Below, one piece after another: positions 61,514 through 64,000 of a DNA stretch of 64,000 nt (position 1 is its first letter; each line of letters opens with the position of its first letter). Under the pieces are notes generated by a model. That model made no database searches, was not told the DNA's origin, and was given only the letters and a program-made list of their open reading frames with translations. The DNA is from Stegostoma tigrinum (taxonomy: Eukaryota): contig NW_026728203.1 of assembly GCF_030684315.1 (NCBI RefSeq), forward strand, positions 1 through 64,000, given 5' to 3'. A program made the position numbers and the translations under genes.

Positions 61514-63904
61514 GGTTCACCACAGCCTTCTCAATAACAGCATCATCTTGGCTGGTCACTTTCAGATAATCACATACTTGAAACCCAAAGTCTCTCTGCT
61601 CCTGTACTCACATCAGATTTGTAACATTGAGCCTGTTTTGTCTTTCTATGTTTCTCAAACAAAATGTGTTATTCACATATTTTTAGTGTTGAAATTAGAA
61701 AGTGATTGTCAAAGTCAAGCCTTACCCAATAAATATCTAACAGCACGTGCACATATTATCTTCTCCACAAAGAAGCTGTTTTTGACACTATCCTGGATGA
61801 TTTAGTTGTAATGTGAAAATTATAATCCTATTTTGCACACAGTCCTCAATGACCATAGACAAGAAACAGATTCTGTCTGTCCACTCTGTCAAATCCATTA
61901 ATCCTCTTTGAAATTTCAAACACAGCCATCCCTTAACCTTCTACACAGAGGGACTGGGACAAACCGTTATCATCAATGAACCAGCTCTCTGTCCAAGTTC
62001 ATTCCAGAAATTCTGTGCATAACCATCTTTGGGTCGAAGCTGTTAGAACTGAGCACTCCAGCTGTGGTTGAGCTAGAACTTGACAATTTCACAAAAGAAC
62101 CATCAGCCAGAGGTAGTTGAAACCCTCGGAGATCAGGCCTAACATTAGATGAGAGAATGTGGTGGCTTGCGTTCTTGAATTGCTGTTGCCCATTTGGTGT
62201 AGGCAGATCCCCAATGCTGTTAGGGAGGGAATTCCAGGATTCTGATCCAGCACACTAGGGGAATGGGACCATGTTTCCAACTCAGGATGGTGAATGGCTT
62301 GGTGTAGAACTTAGAGGCGGTTGTGTTCCATGTATTTGCTGCCCTTGTCCCATGGCAAGTAATGGGGGCTTTGGAAGGTGTTGTCTAGGGAGCTTTGGTG
62401 GATTTCTACAACATTTGGTGATAGTACACATTGCAGTCCCTGTGTGTCAGTGGTGGAAGGAGTGAATCTCGTGGCTGCTCTGAGCTGGCAACTGTTAAGC
62501 TTCTGGAGTGTGGGACTGAGGCCCATTGTCCTGATTCTGTCTGAAAAACTCTCTTTGGGCATTATGAACCTAAAAATGAGCATGCAATTCCTAGTCTGAA
62601 TAAAATATCCTTTTCACTGAAGTCATTCAGGGAAGGGAACTGCCAAACTGCCATCCTTACCTGGTCTGGCCAGTATATGACACCAAGCCTAAAGCACTGT
62701 AGTTGACTAATGGGCCCATGGGCAGTTCAGACAGAGGATAAATGCTGCCTGGTCAGTGACATCCTTATCCTGTCAAGGAATTGTCAGTGGTCACCCATTA
62801 GAAACCAGTGACTGATTGTGATTGACAGCAATGAGCTAGACCCAATGCAGCGTGTGTGGAGCCACATGGAGGCCAGATTACATCAGAAAGCTGATTTTCT
62901 TCACAATTAAATGTAAAGGAAATTGGAACTACTGACTTCTGCAAGTGGTATTTTGGTTTTTGCTTTATTGTCATCAGGTGTCCTCAGCATTTGTCACCTT
63001 TGCATTGCAGAGCAAGGACAGGAGTTACAGCAGATGCTTTAGAAGGTGGGCACTGCTTCATTGCCTAATAGAGGCCATAGTCATTAGCATTGTCAGGGAG
63101 AAAGCAGAGCTTTCATTCTACTGAATGGAAAGGACATACTAGAGAAACAATTCTCTAGCTCAGGAAACATGTAAATGGTAAGCAATTGCAGAAAAGCAGG
63201 TGTACCTTGCACGATTGGTCAACTTTATATCCTTGTAATGAGGAATTTTGTGACCTATTAAAGTCAGTAAGATTTAAGCAAGAGAACAAGTAGGTGCAAA
63301 ACACCTCATGGCCTGGCAACAAAATCAGTCAAGAGATAAACACGTGTCTCGTGTCCCGGTTCTGTTCAACACTTCTCACTACCAAACCTGAGATTTCCCA
63401 GCAGCTTTTGTTCCTGGTTTCCAGTGTCAGCTTGGTTTTTCCAAAAATGCTGAAGATTGAATGAATGGACAGGCCTTGGCAATGCCTAATGTTTAGGCAC
63501 AGGACAGATTTCAGTCATGGTTTTGAGCCGAAGCTGGTCCTGAAAAATTGTCCTGGGAAAGCTGAGGACAGATTTTGTTCTGGCATTGTCTGCAATGCAG
63601 ATATTTGCCAGTTGTGGCATTTCCAAGGACAAGATTGCCCACTCAATCCCTACAGACTCTCAGCAGAAGCAAACACCGAGCAAATTACTGGGGCAGGCAT
63701 TGAATCAAAGGTTGCAAGAAAGAACAGAAAATGGATTTGATTACCAGATGTTAAAACACAAAAAACCTCCAAGAACCAGAAGCTATGAAAATTACACACT
63801 GTACTCAGTTCCATGGTGAACACTCTTTTAATTTGCTCAGAGAACAACTAGTCATTTAGTAGAATGAGGTCACCATGTACAACAGATATAGATATTGACC
63901 CCAT

Positions 63905-64000
63905 TCAACGGAGTGGCAGCCTGTCAAACATGTACTCTCCCATGCCATTGTCAGGGGCTCCCAGTCTCTTCAGGTTGGTGATGTGATCTCCCAGCTTCTT
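63905..64000 (-). pseudogene. 3' end of exon 4 of gene 9, type D; probably a pseudogene like gene 4
   Basis: Encodes [31 protein letters not shown], matching gene 4; the disabling lesions would lie outside the window. Confidence 0.65.

Overview
Vertebrate genomic DNA, most likely a cartilaginous fish (inferred from shark-type CR1/SINE repeats). The whole window is a head-to-tail tandem array of four-exon ferritin (heavy/middle-chain type) genes on the minus strand. There are nine copies: five complete and intact (genes 2, 3, 5, 7, 8), one intact as far as visible (gene 1, cut by the left edge), two clear pseudogenes (genes 4, 6), and one fragment at the right edge (gene 9). Coding exons are 102/147/126/147 bp, giving 173 aa with the ferroxidase ligands kept. 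No copy has a recognisable 5' iron-responsive element. Spacers are a mosaic of old and young CR1-type LINEs, SINE-like pieces and Penelope-like hammerhead relics. A full-length CR1 LINE (zinc finger/coiled-coil/SGNH-esterase ORF1; APE-RT ORF2) occurs twice through a near-perfect >=11.4 kb duplication (offset 32,721). Its ORF2 has no AUG before the endonuclease domain and lies in the -1 frame behind a U_UUA_AAC slippery heptamer placed directly before the ORF1 stop, which suggests programmed -1 frameshifting. Exon boundaries and copy-to-copy comparisons were made by eye; boundaries of old repeats are approximate.
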